DNA of 64,000 nucleotides, from NCBI GenBank assembly GCA_043228905.1, contig JBHGNT010000003.1:18786001-18850000 (forward strand). Reading direction: 5' to 3'. The notes beneath the pieces are model-generated. The model had not been told where the DNA came from. It did not search any database and worked only from the letters and a program-made list of their open reading frames with translations. The position numbers and the translations under genes are program-made. This stretch comes from Azolla caroliniana. Taxonomy: Eukaryota; Plantae; Polypodiophyta. Below are positions 1-11,056 of this stretch, piece after piece. Numbering within the stretch: position 1 is the first letter of the stretch; each line of letters opens with the position of its first letter.

Positions 1-314
1 CTCTCTGCTACGATCTATACAACAATTACACACCAATAACTCTATACAATGATAATGACAACAACTTTCAACCACTGTTTGCCCTAGGTCATATATATAC
101 TAATATGACTTTCGGGCTATTTACAGATATAGCCACGATGGGCTAACAAAAACATATTTATATCTATGTCCCTTCATCCGGAGAGACCTTCTCACCGGCC
201 CTGCATCATCCGGTTCTCACTGTGTCTTCCTTGCTGGGTACTCATCATCCGGTTCTCACCGGGTCTTCCTTACCGGGTACTCATATCCCATCTGGAGGGA
301 CTGAAATCCTAACA
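1..314 (-). mobile_element. Ty1/copia family-A LTR, 5' part; continues beyond the window's left edge
   Basis: The minus strand starts TGTTAGGATTTCAGTCCCTCCAGATGGGA at 314. This is homologous to the LTR starts at 23663 (+) and 16101 (-), which are linked to copia gag and a Met PBS. No PPT adjoins it, so it is a 5' or solo LTR. Confidence 0.75.
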
Positions 315-559
315 TATTATAGGGAATTAATGTCAATGGCTCATTCATGATCATTGAAGTGTTTGTCAGTACTTCAGTCAACCCATTGTCAGGGCTTGTA
401 TAAAGAGTGCTCACTGAGCACATTTTGATGTATAAAGTATTATTATTTGAATTAAGTTTTGTTGTCTGCTCACTTTGTCACTCTCTCATATACCATGTAT
501 TCTCCATCTCTGTGTTTACCTAACTTTGTGCTATCATCCAACAGAGCCGGTTGTGTCTT

Positions 560-1080
560 TTAATTAGCTTCTGCATCTAACTCTTTTCACTCACATGAGC
601 ATTTATGCGATAATGTAGGCAAATGATGACCTTTTGGGCAATCCAAAGTAGGTTTCACATACAATCTAGATATGCGTATATTTGGTAATCAATATTGGCC
701 TTGCCTAGTCTAGATACCCCAATTCCAAAGTTGGTGATTGGGAAACCATGGAAAGATTAGTAGTGAAGATCATTATTTCTAGAACACACACTAATGACAT
801 GTACCATAAGTTGGTTGATGATAGAACTTGGTTAGAGAAGAAAGTTTTGGATACATGGTGTATTACCCAATGTATAAAATGATTGTGTCAAGTTTTAGAT
901 GTAGGATGACATTCTCATCTTACATTTCTTGCAAAGGTGTTTCTTTGGCATGCAATGGTCAATGAATTGTGTTTGACGTTGGCTTTAAAACAAAGACATG
1001 TTTGAAATGTGACATGTTTTCATTGTACGTTGAGTTACAAATGATTAATAAGTGTTTGAATTAATCTATTTCATAGAACT
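560..1080 (+). pseudogene. Degraded L1-type LINE ORF2 C-terminal remnant (tentative)
   Basis: Hand translation of about 920-1030 gives LTFLAKVFLWHAMVNELCLTLALKQRHV*NVTCFHC, resembling the FLW...CxxC zf-RVT region of plant L1 elements. Many stops; boundaries approximate. Confidence 0.4.
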
Positions 1081-1584
1081 AAGTGTTTTCGTTAGGGTCA
1101 AGTTTAAGAGTCCTTCAAAGAGTTCACTAATAAACATTAAGTAGTCAGTGAGTACACTCAAAGGTGGATTAGCACCTGGTAGTCTTCATCCACTTCACCA
1201 ACAAAAAGATTGAACATTTACTCATTCCCAACAACGATCTAACATGGAAAGAAATTGTTACTTAATTGTGAAATCCTGTTGTAGCAAAGTTAAGTGCATG
1301 CATGTGAATTCTAGGTGAGACCGTTGAGGACATCAACCAAGGAAGATGGGTTTGACAGTTGAGTTAATGATTTAAGAATCCCTTTTAATTTATCATTGTA
1401 GTTGGAGATCAACTTTCTTCAAATATTTGAGATACACCTTTTCATTGTATTTGTGTGCGTGTGAGCTTTTATGTGCAAGTGCTAGTACGCGAGTACATGT
1501 GTAACTATGTGTTCAAGCTATGTAAAAAGTGTGAATTCACATATACGACTATGGAAATATATGTTTGTTTATGTATTTATGCGT

Positions 1585-2481
1585 TGTCGTGGAGATTCAC
1601 AACCATAGTGAGAAAACTGGGCCAATGGGAATATCGGCGGGGTGTGGCGTGAGCACTCACCCTTGTATACACGTGTAAGATAATGGGGTGCCTTTATGGC
1701 TCTAAATAGGAGTTAAGTTGGGATAGAGAATCCCATGTAATACGGGATTTATCCCACATTGTTATGCACCTCCCTCCTTGTGCTATAAAAGGAAGGGAGG
1801 GTCCCTTGTAAAAAGGGGTTGCCCATTTTGAGTTAGGAGGGTACACCACTTAGATCTAGGGTTCAATAGTTTTCTCTTCTTCTTATTTCTTTATTTTCCT
1901 TAGGGTTTTTCTACTTTGGTCTTCTTCACCCTATTTCGCTTTAAGGTTTTGTTGAGGTTTTCTTCGTCGTCGTCGTATAGATTGAGTCTTTCTATTTGTC
2001 AAGGGTTTAGTCCGGTAGAGAGCTTGTATGTCCTAGGGGGTTTCACTTCTGCTCTGTCTCCTGTGCAAAACCCCACTCAACGCGACGAGCCCAAGAGCTC
2101 CCCGATCGGCGGCTTGGCATCAGACCGTTGTTGTAACCTAATCTACCTTAGACTGGCTCGAAGCCGGAGTTGTATCTTGCTCTTGTAATTATATATATGA
2201 TGGGTTCTGCATTTCTGTGTCTCTTTTGGTGTCGGGTGTATTTCTTTCTTTCCAGTTTCTATACATAAGAAAGCTTCTGTGTGTCTATGCCGGAGTCAGT
2301 GTCTTGTATCCCACGGTTGCACGTGTTGTGATGTATGTGCGTGTATCAGTGTGCATGCGAGCACGGTGAACCGAACCGTAGTCTGAGTACTTATTATTAT
2401 GCGTATAAATATATATACGCAAATATCTATCGAGCCTTCTATACATACGACGCGCGAAGGGCCAGCGGGTGTGCGTACCGT
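1585..2481 (+). mobile_element. LTR-like segment, truncated by the insertion at 2482
   Basis: Starts TGTCGTGGAGA, like the TGTCGTGAAGA termini of the Trp-primed gypsy LTRs. TATA-like CTATAAAAGG at about 1783 with a pyrimidine-rich tract downstream. No 3' terminus seen. Confidence 0.45.
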
Positions 2482-2780
2482 TGTCGTAGTGTAATCCGCA
2501 CACTACGTGAAAAATTACATTTTTGGTCTCTCCGGATAGGACATGGAGTACCCGATGAGAACCGGAAGGAGGAACCGGTAAGGAGACCCGGCAAGAGCCG
2601 GATGAAGAAGGCCGGTGAGAAACAGACGAAGAGGACCGGTAAGAACCGTTTAAAGAAACCGGCGAGAACCGGATGAAGCAGAACCGGCAAGAGCCGGATG
2701 AAGAAGGCCGGTGAGAGCCTCTCACCGGATGAAGAGATATATTTGTAAATAGAAGAAACTATAAAAATATATATTACATG

Positions 2781-2850
2781 CATAGGGCAAGATTCGAACC
2801 TTGCACCTCCATGTTAATAATGTTAAGCCTTATCACTATACTAGCATATT
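2781..2850 (-). promoter_or_regulatory. tRNA-like Pol III A/B-box module inside the E3 LTR (antisense to the element)
   Basis: Minus strand: TAGTATAGTGAT (A-box-like) ... CAAG-GTTCGAAT-CTTG (B-box/T-arm), at tRNA-like spacing. Confidence 0.55.
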
Positions 2851-4229
2851 ATGAATTTTAAAGGTATACTAAACTTTATCCCATGTAAATATTCTAGATA
2901 TGCATGGTACAAAAAGTTACTCATACATACACACTCGAGTTAAAAGAAAAAGATGGGATAGAAAGCTAATCATGCACATGAAGTGTGCATGAAAACTAAA
3001 GTTAGAAAAAGCATATAGTCTATAGTTAGAGAAAAAGCATGGATTGTGAAGACTCACTCATCACTATATAAGGATGAGGAGCACAATGTAATAGGTGTGA
3101 AATATTTGGGGAATTGGATATATTTCCTAAAACACCAATTAATATTTAATATATTCGTGGGATTCACGAAGTTGTGATCAAAATTCTCTCTTACTATCTA
3201 AATATTGATTAAATACACTAAACTCGTGTGATTCATGAGATTCATAACTTACCTATCTTTCTAATAAATCAGTCCATAACCATAAACTTGTCTCAAATTC
3301 TTCCTCCTAGTCCAAAACCCCAGTGGTTCCCACCCGACTCACGCAAACGATCCGGAGCCGAAAGGCACGACACCGTGCTCTTCCTCTACGCGTTCCGGTA
3401 GTATTCCGGGACGCGCCCGGATCGGTTGTCTCCAGGTAGCATCCAGAACCGTTCCGGCCGGAGTCTTGACGACATATCCAGTTCTGGAGAACTCAGCCTT
3501 CCAAAAACGCATCTCTCCCCGGTTCAAGACCCCGGTGGTCTAACCCGGATCCAACACGTATGCGCGGATTTCCGCGACATCTTTAGTGAACCTAATGTGA
3601 AGGGCGGAAAGAGAGGATGGAGTTGGAAGATGAAGACTTTGAGAAGAAGAGGCGAGATGCGGCGCAACGAGATGAGCAAGGTCGAAGAAGTCGACCATTT
3701 CAACAGGGATGGAGGCCCACGAGTTCCACCGAAGCATCGACCGTCCGGTGGAGAAAGGAGCTCGGAGACGCTCACAAAACGTGGCCACCCAGTAAAGGAA
3801 AACAGAGATGGCGTGCGACAGTATGGCATCACAATAGAAAGGGGGTGTGCAAACAAGATGGACGTGGTCGAGGCGGAGGCCAATCGAGGTACGACGATAC
3901 CAGACGAGGGAGAGGGTGCGGGACGAGCCGTCCTCTTTTACATGGGGAGAAAGACCGACCGGGCGAAGGTCGGAAATCGGGAAGGAGAAGATCGAAGGTG
4001 CAGAACGAATCCGGTGAGCTCGGCAACGAAGCCGAAACGTCGAACATCGGAGAAGCAAGCCTAGGTGGGCTTGCTTGATCTTAGAGCGGATGCTTTCCAC
4101 AGACAACACTAAGGAGACGGTAGCCTCAGACAAGTTGTCAGGAGTCGTTTCAGAATCGGTATCCATGGGAGGGCAGTGGCGAATCCGAGAGAATTGCAAA
4201 GTGCGGAGAAAGTAAGACCGGTCCTATGG

Positions 4230-6370
4230 GTCACCTCACACCGGGCTAGAGACATCGGCGGTCGGCATCGGATGCCGACGTAAGACCAAGATACTGACGG
4301 TGGCAGTAGGTGAACGGGATCCGGTAATACGGAGAGAAATTGGACGAGCCCGGATGAGAACTGGGGGAGCGGACTTCCGGATAACCGATGCGGAAGGGAG
4401 GAGGAAACATGCCTATGAAGAGGCTTGGACCACGGTACGGCGGAACCACGGGAGAGGGTGTGGAGCAAGCCATTCTCTCGACATTCAGATAAGAACGACC
4501 CGGGGCAAGGTCGGGAGAGACGAGAAAGCCAACATGAGACCAAGAGACTGATGGTGGCGGCAAGGGGATGAGGGCAGCAGCGGCGAAAGGCGAGCGGGGT
4601 ATTACGAGAGGACCGGAAGAACGGGCTGAGAGGCCAAGCGAGCCAATATGGGGTGTTCCTCAAACACAGAGGACACCGGTATGTGGGTGCAACGATGACG
4701 CACCATCTGGCCCGGCAGGGGCTGACGAAGCGTGCGCGGGAAGGGGTTCGGCGAGCGGCACACCGGGCTGGAGACTTCGGCGATTGGCATAGGGAGCCAA
4801 CGTAAGACCAAGATACTGACGGTGGCAGCGGAGGGGATCGACGGTGATGGGGGAAGGCGATTGACCGAAGCATGGGTCCACCACACTCGTTCTCGAGTCT
4901 TAGGCGGTTGCGTCCGAGAACCAACGGAAAACCTAAGAGACGGAAAGTGGCGGCAAGGACGCGGAGGTCACGACCAATACAAGTGACGAAAGCGGAGGAC
5001 GGAGCATGGGGAGATCCTAAGACGATCCTCACACCGATCCGGAGACTCCGGCGGTCAGCCCGAGAGTCGCCGTGAGACCTAGAGAGAAGGACGGTGGCGG
5101 CGAGGACGCGAAGGTCACGACCAATGCAAGTGACGAGAGCGGAGGACGGAGCGTGGGGCAGAACGGTGATCCTCACACGGATCTAGAGACTTCGGTGGTC
5201 GGCATCGGGAGCCGACTTAAGACCAAGATACTGACAGTGGCGGTGAGGGGATGAGGGCATCGGTTGCGGAAGGCGAGTGGGGTCCTAAGAGGGAACCGAA
5301 AGAGCAAAAAGGAGGTGTAAGGTCGGCGACGCGCACAGACCGGAACTGAACCTGATCGGCAGGGTTAGAAGGACGGAGATCGGACGCGCTTGGTGAACGA
5401 GGAGGTGGCTGAGACATATCGGAGGACGAAGAAGGATCCTCCTCACCGGGCTAGAGACTTTGGCGGTCGGCAGCGGGTGCCAACGTAAGACCAAGAGACT
5501 GATGGTGGGGGCAAGGGGACAAAGGTGGTAGCAGCAGAGGCACCAAGCAACCAAGGTGTTGCGGGGACGACGGAGGCTAGGCGGGCCGAAACGGGCGAGG
5601 GTGATCCTTCGCGAGTAGCAACACGGGAAGCTACCAAGGACACCCAAGTGGAGAACGGTGTGCCAAGCCGGAAAGGGCACACCCAGAAGCAGAACGAGAG
5701 ACGTGCATGTGGTTGTCGAGGGCCAAGGTAAAGGCATGAGAGAGGGATGGTTCGGCATAGGCAGGGAAGGAGGAAGATGGCACACGGAGGTGCCGGGACG
5801 AGACAACAAGCATGGAAAGGACTGCGAAGGTCGGTGGCCGGAAATCGTATCGGAGGCTGGAGAAGGATCCTCCTCGCCTACCCTGAAGATCTTGGCGGCT
5901 AAGTTGGAGTGGCAAGCCAAGCCGGAGATAACAAGATGGTGGGGACGAGGGGATGACATCAAGCAGATGACATTGAACCAGTTGCAGCAGCACGGAATGA
6001 AAGGGGCCGAGCGGGCCAACATGGGGTGCCCCTCGAACCCGAAGGATACCGGTATGCGGGTGAACCGGCGACGCACGATTTGGCCACCCGAGGGCCGACG
6101 AAGCGTGCACGGAGAAAAACCGAAGTCTTACCCGGGTGGCGTCGAGCGAAGGAGGACGGTCGACTGAGCCTCTTGCGGGGTGAAGTCAAGGGTTACGCGG
6201 CACACAAAAGTGCCAGGACGAGAGTACAAGCGTGAAGACGGATTGCAGGAGTCGTTGGTCTCAAGTGAAGAAGGCCAGAGAAGGATCCTCCACACCGGTT
6301 CTAGAGACCTTGGCAGTTCGTTCATTGTGGCAACGTAAGACCAAGGAGAAGGAAGGTGGCGACGAGGGGA
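4230..6370 (+). repeat. Dispersed imperfect GC-rich repeats
   Basis: AAGACCAAGA(T/G)ACTGA(C/T)GGTGG recurs near 4282, 4537, 4804, 5219 and 5487, with a partial copy near 6337. It is usually preceded by CACCGGGCTAGAGACTTCGGCGGTCGGC-like blocks. Confidence 0.75.
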
Positions 6371-6539
6371 CAAAGGCTATAGCGAACAACAACACCGAAC
6401 GAGTAATCAAGGCATCACAAAGATCGGCGAAGGCCAAGCGGGCCACTAGGGGGTGTTCCTCGGACGCGGAGGACACCACCGGGTATACGGGGAAGCGAGG
6501 AGCATGTGTACGGTCGATCAAGGGCCACGGGACTGGTGG

Positions 6540-6724
6540 TTACAATGGGAGACTCAGAGGCAATGACCTCGAGCTTTGTCTTCGCCAACCGGCAGTTACA
6601 ACAGAAAATCTTTCTAAATCTCTCTCTCTATATATATATATATCTGTACATTAATAATGATAACAACATCAACAATAGTAAACACTATTTGCCCTAGATA
6701 TATTTATACTCCTATAATTTACAG
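6540..6724 (-). mobile_element. Copia family-A LTR fragment (possible remnant of the A1 3' LTR)
   Basis: Aligns with 15710-15899 (TACAATGGGAGACTCAGAGGCAA...TTTATACTC). Confidence 0.75.
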
Positions 6725-7890
6725 TGTCACGGTATTCCGCGGGGACGCGTCGAAGCGGGGCGGGACCACGAGGATCTCGGACCGAGGAGCCAGTTGGAGC
6801 AAGAAGGACGGGGTCAGGGGCCGGATGGCTCAGCCGGATCAGTTTCCAGACGCGTGGCGATCCGGAGTGGTTTCCGGATACTAGTCGGGTAGCGCATGCA
6901 CTAAGGAATGGAACTTCCCAAGCGGGATGCCGGACAACAACGATCAACCTCTTCAAAAATCCTCTCGGCCATCGTTGCCGAGAGTGTCGCAATTCCTTCT
7001 GTGGTTGGGCCGAACCGTCAAAAATTAGAAGGAATGCCAACTTTCCTGGCTCTTCACCCAAGCGTATGCCGAACCGTTGTCCAACACTTTGGTCTCCATA
7101 CGAGCCGCCGTAATGTAAGGTTCACCGAGAATCACCGGATGGGAGGATGTCTCTTGCACGAAGAAGTGTTGGTCGATCTCAACATCCCCGACCTTTACTC
7201 GAACATTCAGCCACGCCCCGTGTAGCTCCTCTATGGCTTGGATCACCGTGCATATCTTCCACCCGTGCTTGGTGTTGATCGACCACTTCCCTTTTTTGTA
7301 GAAATCCATCGACATAAGATTGATTTTTGACCCGTGGTCGATCAGCGCCACCACCAGCTCCTTAACATCCCCGATCCGGACCGGGGTCTCCATCGTCGCT
7401 CTGGCCTAGTGTGGGTTCATATAGTGGCTATCCGAAAACTCCTCTTCCATCGGCACCTCTTCGAGGTGGTCCGCCTTCACTTCGACCGACTTTTCTGACT
7501 CTGGCTCTAACGAGAGCCACTTCCTTTTCACGTCGGGTTCACCAAAGATGTCACGGTATTCTGCAGGGATGTGTCGAAGCGGGGCGGGACCACAGGGGTC
7601 CCGAACCGAGGAGCCGGTGGGAGTAGGAAGGACCCGGTCAAGGCCCAGATGGCTCAACTGATTGGTTTCTAGACGCGTGCCGATCCGGAACGGTTCCCGG
7701 ATACCGGTGAGGTAGCGCACGGATCGAAGGAATGGAACTTCCCAGGCAGGATGTCGGACAACAACGATAAGCCCATGGGCACACAAACACAAACACAAAC
7801 ACAACAGAAACGGGAAAACACAACACAAGAGTGCCCGCACACATATTATAGATTAACAGGGAACCGAAAAGAGTACAATCGGATGCGGCC
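6725..7890 (-). mobile_element. Protease-only mini gypsy element (LTR-PBS-PR-LTR); both LTRs partial
   Basis: Direct repeats at 6725-6944 and from 7549 (TGTCACGGTATTC...CGGACAACAACGAT). Trp PBS at 7527-7544. ORF 7025-7393 is highly similar to the E1 protease (LIDHGSKINLMSMDFYKKGKW). Confidence 0.8.
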
Positions 7891-8889
7891 GGTAAACAGG
7901 GCATTCTTGTTCTCAAACATGATGCCTATCTTCTCCTAGAGTTCATGGGCCTTACTCTCTTCATTGAAGTTGTTGTACATGATCATGTCAATGAAGCATT
8001 TTATGTATGCCGTCGTTTTCATGTGCATTACCTCCCAAGTTGCGGCATCGATCTTGTTCGGTTTTTGGTCCCCAGACTGTACCGTTGTCGTGAAGAAAAC
8101 CGTCTATAGGCGGAATCGGCGCACCAAGGCGTGGGAACCGGTTCTTCACGCGCGCACGCTCCGAGTTGTACATAGAAACGAATTGAGAGGATAATCGGCA
8201 GGAACGGGCCCTAACTCAAGTGGAGACAAAGACCGCGCGAACAGTCTTTTCGGTCGCGCGCGCGAACTGTACGAGTCGGCGGCGTAACTACGCGGATCCG
8301 TGAAAAACGGAGCGGATCCCTGTCCAAAAGGGACAGGGAATAAAGCTGACACGACGGCCTGTTCGTCGGCCTATATAAGGAGCGGGAAAGAGCTGTTGCA
8401 GGGATCTGGGGCGGAGAGGACGAAGTGCTGTCGGACCGTTTCTGGACGCTTCGCTCTCTCTGTTTCCTTCCTTCTTGAGCTCCAAAGCTTTCTGTGCAGG
8501 GTTCCGGGGAGGCTCGCGCTGTTTCGAGGAACGCCCGAGTGCTTCCGGCAGCACCTCCGACCTGCTACCCCCCCCCCATTTCCCCGTTTGTGCGTCGAAG
8601 CGAACAGGCATCGGCATCTGTTCGCCGGCCTGTTCGGTTGCAACCAACCTGTGCCCCATCGGGGGTTGTAGTCGTGTTAGCCATTTTGTTAATACACATA
8701 TTTAGTCATTCGCATCCGTCTGTGTCGGTGTCTGTTCGCGTTCTCCGTGCTGAAGGGCCGTGTCCCTGTGTATCCCCGGTCCTGCGTAGCCGGTTCTCTC
8801 TCTTTCTCCTCCCTCGCTTGCTCTTTGGTTCGAGACCCCCGCGGTCCCGCCTCTATTCCACACGCACTTGCGTAATATCTCGACATCTT

Positions 8890-8907
8890 TGGTGAACCCG
8901 ACGTGAA
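8890..8907 (+). promoter_or_regulatory. Primer-binding site complementary to tRNA-Trp
   Basis: TGGTGAACCCGACGTGAA is the reverse complement of the plant tRNA-Trp(CCA) 3' end as recalled (...TTCACGTCGGGTTCACCA). The same PBS occurs at 32219, 7527 (-) and 28875 (-). Confidence 0.85.
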
Positions 8908-8929
8908 AGAGGCGGCAGAAGAGCAGAAG

Positions 8930-11056
8930 ATGAGGGGGTCGGATCTCGCAGAGGCCATGGCTTCGGCCGTGGATCGGATCGTAAACGCGCGCGAGGGCAC
9001 CGGTGCCCTCGACAGAGCTATTGAGGCGGTCGTCGGCACGATCGGCCGGTTCGATGGGAGGGATGCCACGAAGTATCTGGCGTCCTACGGTGCAGAAATG
9101 TTGATGCGGGACATTCCGGAAGAAAGGCGTCTTGCCGGTTTTCCCCGAGTGGCAATACCGAGCATCCATGCGGAGGTGCTCGAGGTGCGGGCGGAGAGCC
9201 GTACCTGGGAGGAGTTCGAAGGTCGGCTCCTAGAGAAATACGGGCTGGACGACGCGCTCCGGCTTTCGAAGCGAAGGTTCATGGAATGGGTGGAGTCCCC
9301 GGGGAAGGGAAGAAACGCGTCGGCACTCCTCCGGGAGTTCGAGGAAAACTTTGCGCGCCTTTCGGCGCTCGACCGAACCATCCTGGACACGAGCCGGGTC
9401 TTGCTGTTTGTCAAGTCGGTCGACGAGCGGGATCGGGAGCAAGTGGGCCTCTTGCTGGAAACCGAAGACGGGCTCACTACCGACTGGGCGGCTGTCAGGA
9501 AGGTCTGTGGTCGTTTCGACAAACGGCGAGAATGGGCGGATAACGGACCGACTGGGTCGGGCTCGGTCGCAGCAAGGAAGCTCGAACCAGCGCCACAGGT
9601 GCGCAAGGAAGAGACCCGGGAGTGGTTGGAAACCGGTTCGGCTTCGACCGGCGTAGTCAGAGGCTCAACCGGAGGAGCGGCGCTGGAGGAATTGACGAAG
9701 GCGATAAAGGACCTCCAAATCGCGCAGGCCCGAAGGGAAGGAGGCGAACCGGCTCGTGACCGACGGCCGGCGGCAGGAAACAGGTGCATGTGGTGCGATG
9801 AAGTCGGCCACGTTCGGAAGGACTGCGGCGACTTCGCGGAGGCGCTGAGGGACCGGGTGGTGTACCTGTGGGAAGGACGGGTGCATGCCAGCGACACCCG
9901 AAGGGCCCTGAGCCGAAACGACGGAAAGGGTGGTATGAAAAGGTTGATGGAAGAGGCGGCGGCCCGACACGCGGAAACCGTCCACTACTCGGCGTCGGCC
10001 GGCATTCGAGTCGGGGGCGGCGAGGCCCGAAAGGAAAGCAAAGCCGGATTCTGGCCGACGATGCTGGAAGGCCTTGCCGGTGCAGGGCTTAAAAGGGAGG
10101 AATCGGACCGTGCGGAGAAACGGGTACGGGAGATGACCGGGTGGAGCGACCCGGTCGAGGAAAGGACGGGCTTCGTGGAAGCCGCTTGCCGGAACTACGA
10201 GGCTCTGGTAGAAGAGAAGCGGGTGGGAAAACCCGGGACGACCGGGCCCTCACAACGATACGAGACCCGGTCCGGGCCACGACGGGACGAAGCCGGCAGG
10301 GCCGGTACGCAAGATAAACCCCAGAAGGGCGGGTACCGTCTGGGGACGGAGATAGAAAGAACCACGGACTTACGAAAGGTCCTGGAGGAACGGATCCTCG
10401 ACAGCAAGGTGGAGCTGTCGCTACGGGAGGTGCTTGGAATCGCCAAGAAGGAGTTCCACGACTCCATCGTGGACTTGGTGAAACGGAAGAGGCTGTCAAC
10501 GGAGACAGAACCGGAAAGACCGGTGGAAGTGCGGACGACGCACCTAGACGACATGGCGCTGGGAGACGAGTGGGCGGAAAGCCACTATTCGAGACCGCAC
10601 TGGGCCCGAGCGACCACGGAAACCCCGGTGAAGATCGGCGATGTCCAGGAACCGGTGATAGCTTTGGTGGACCACGGATCGGAGATCAATTTGATGTCCA
10701 TGGACTTCTATAAAAAGGGCAAATGGCCGATCAACACCAAGCACGGGTGGAAAATAAGGGCAGCAACGCGCGCCACCGAGGAACTGCACGGGGCCTGTCC
10801 GAATGTGCGAGTCAAGATCGGCGACGTCGAGATTGACCAGCACTTCTTCGTGCAGGAGACGTCTTCGCATCCGGTCATACTGGGAGAGCCGTACGTCACG
10901 GCGGCGCGAATGGAGACCAAGGTGCTGGACAATGGTTCGGCCTATGCGCGGGTCAAGAGCCAGGACGGCCGCCATTCGGTCCAGTTTTTGACGGTTAGGC
11001 CGAACCACGAGCGTAACCGCGACTCCCTCGGTTCCGATAACCGAGAGGATTTTTAG
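8930..11056 (+). CDS. gag: Gag-protease polyprotein of E1
   Basis: 717-codon open frame (first ATG at 8930). CX2CX4HX4C knuckle CMWCDEVGHVRKDC; retropepsin-like ALVDHGSEIN...VILGEPY. Confidence 0.93.
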   Translation: MRGSDLAEAMASAVDRIVNAREGTGALDRAIEAVVGTIGRFDGRDATKYLASYGAEMLMRDIPEERRLAGFPRVAIPSIHAEVLEVRAESRTWEEFEGRLLEKYGLDDALRLSKRRFMEWVESPGKGRNASALLREFEENFARLSALDRTILDTSRVLLFVKSVDERDREQVGLLLETEDGLTTDWAAVRKVCGRFDKRREWADNGPTGSGSVAARKLEPAPQVRKEETREWLETGSASTGVVRGSTGGAALEELTKAIKDLQIAQARREGGEPARDRRPAAGNRCMWCDEVGHVRKDCGDFAEALRDRVVYLWEGRVHASDTRRALSRNDGKGGMKRLMEEAAARHAETVHYSASAGIRVGGGEARKESKAGFWPTMLEGLAGAGLKREESDRAEKRVREMTGWSDPVEERTGFVEAACRNYEALVEEKRVGKPGTTGPSQRYETRSGPRRDEAGRAGTQDKPQKGGYRLGTEIERTTDLRKVLEERILDSKVELSLREVLGIAKKEFHDSIVDLVKRKRLSTETEPERPVEVRTTHLDDMALGDEWAESHYSRPHWARATTETPVKIGDVQEPVIALVDHGSEINLMSMDFYKKGKWPINTKHGWKIRAATRATEELHGACPNVRVKIGDVEIDQHFFVQETSSHPVILGEPYVTAARMETKVLDNGSAYARVKSQDGRHSVQFLTVRPNHERNRDSLGSDNREDF

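Larger units (their letters stand above)
2482..6539 (+). mobile_element. Non-autonomous, degenerate Trp-primed gypsy derivative (E3): 5' LTR 2482-3579, decayed PBS, repeat-filled interior, no 3' LTR
   Basis: LTR runs TGTCG...CGCGACA with an imperfect ~20-bp terminal inverted repeat and TATATAAGG at about 3065. It is followed by TCTT and TAGTGAACCTAATGTGAA (3584-3601), a decayed copy of the E1 PBS. The interior is GC-rich with no pol ORF. Confidence 0.7.

Noticed and set aside
4230-5520. CRISPR-like repeat-spacer appearance
   Set aside because: Repeats are diverged and irregularly spaced, the intervening sequence is itself repetitive, and the context is a eukaryotic TE.
3339-6654. Many long overlapping ORFs (up to 355 aa) on both strands
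   Set aside because: Expected from GC-rich repeats; low-complexity translations with no recognisable domain.
8317-8339. Perfect 9-bp hairpin TCCCTGTCC/GGACAGGGA upstream of the E1 TATA box
   Set aside because: Real, but not seen in related LTRs, so no function can be argued.
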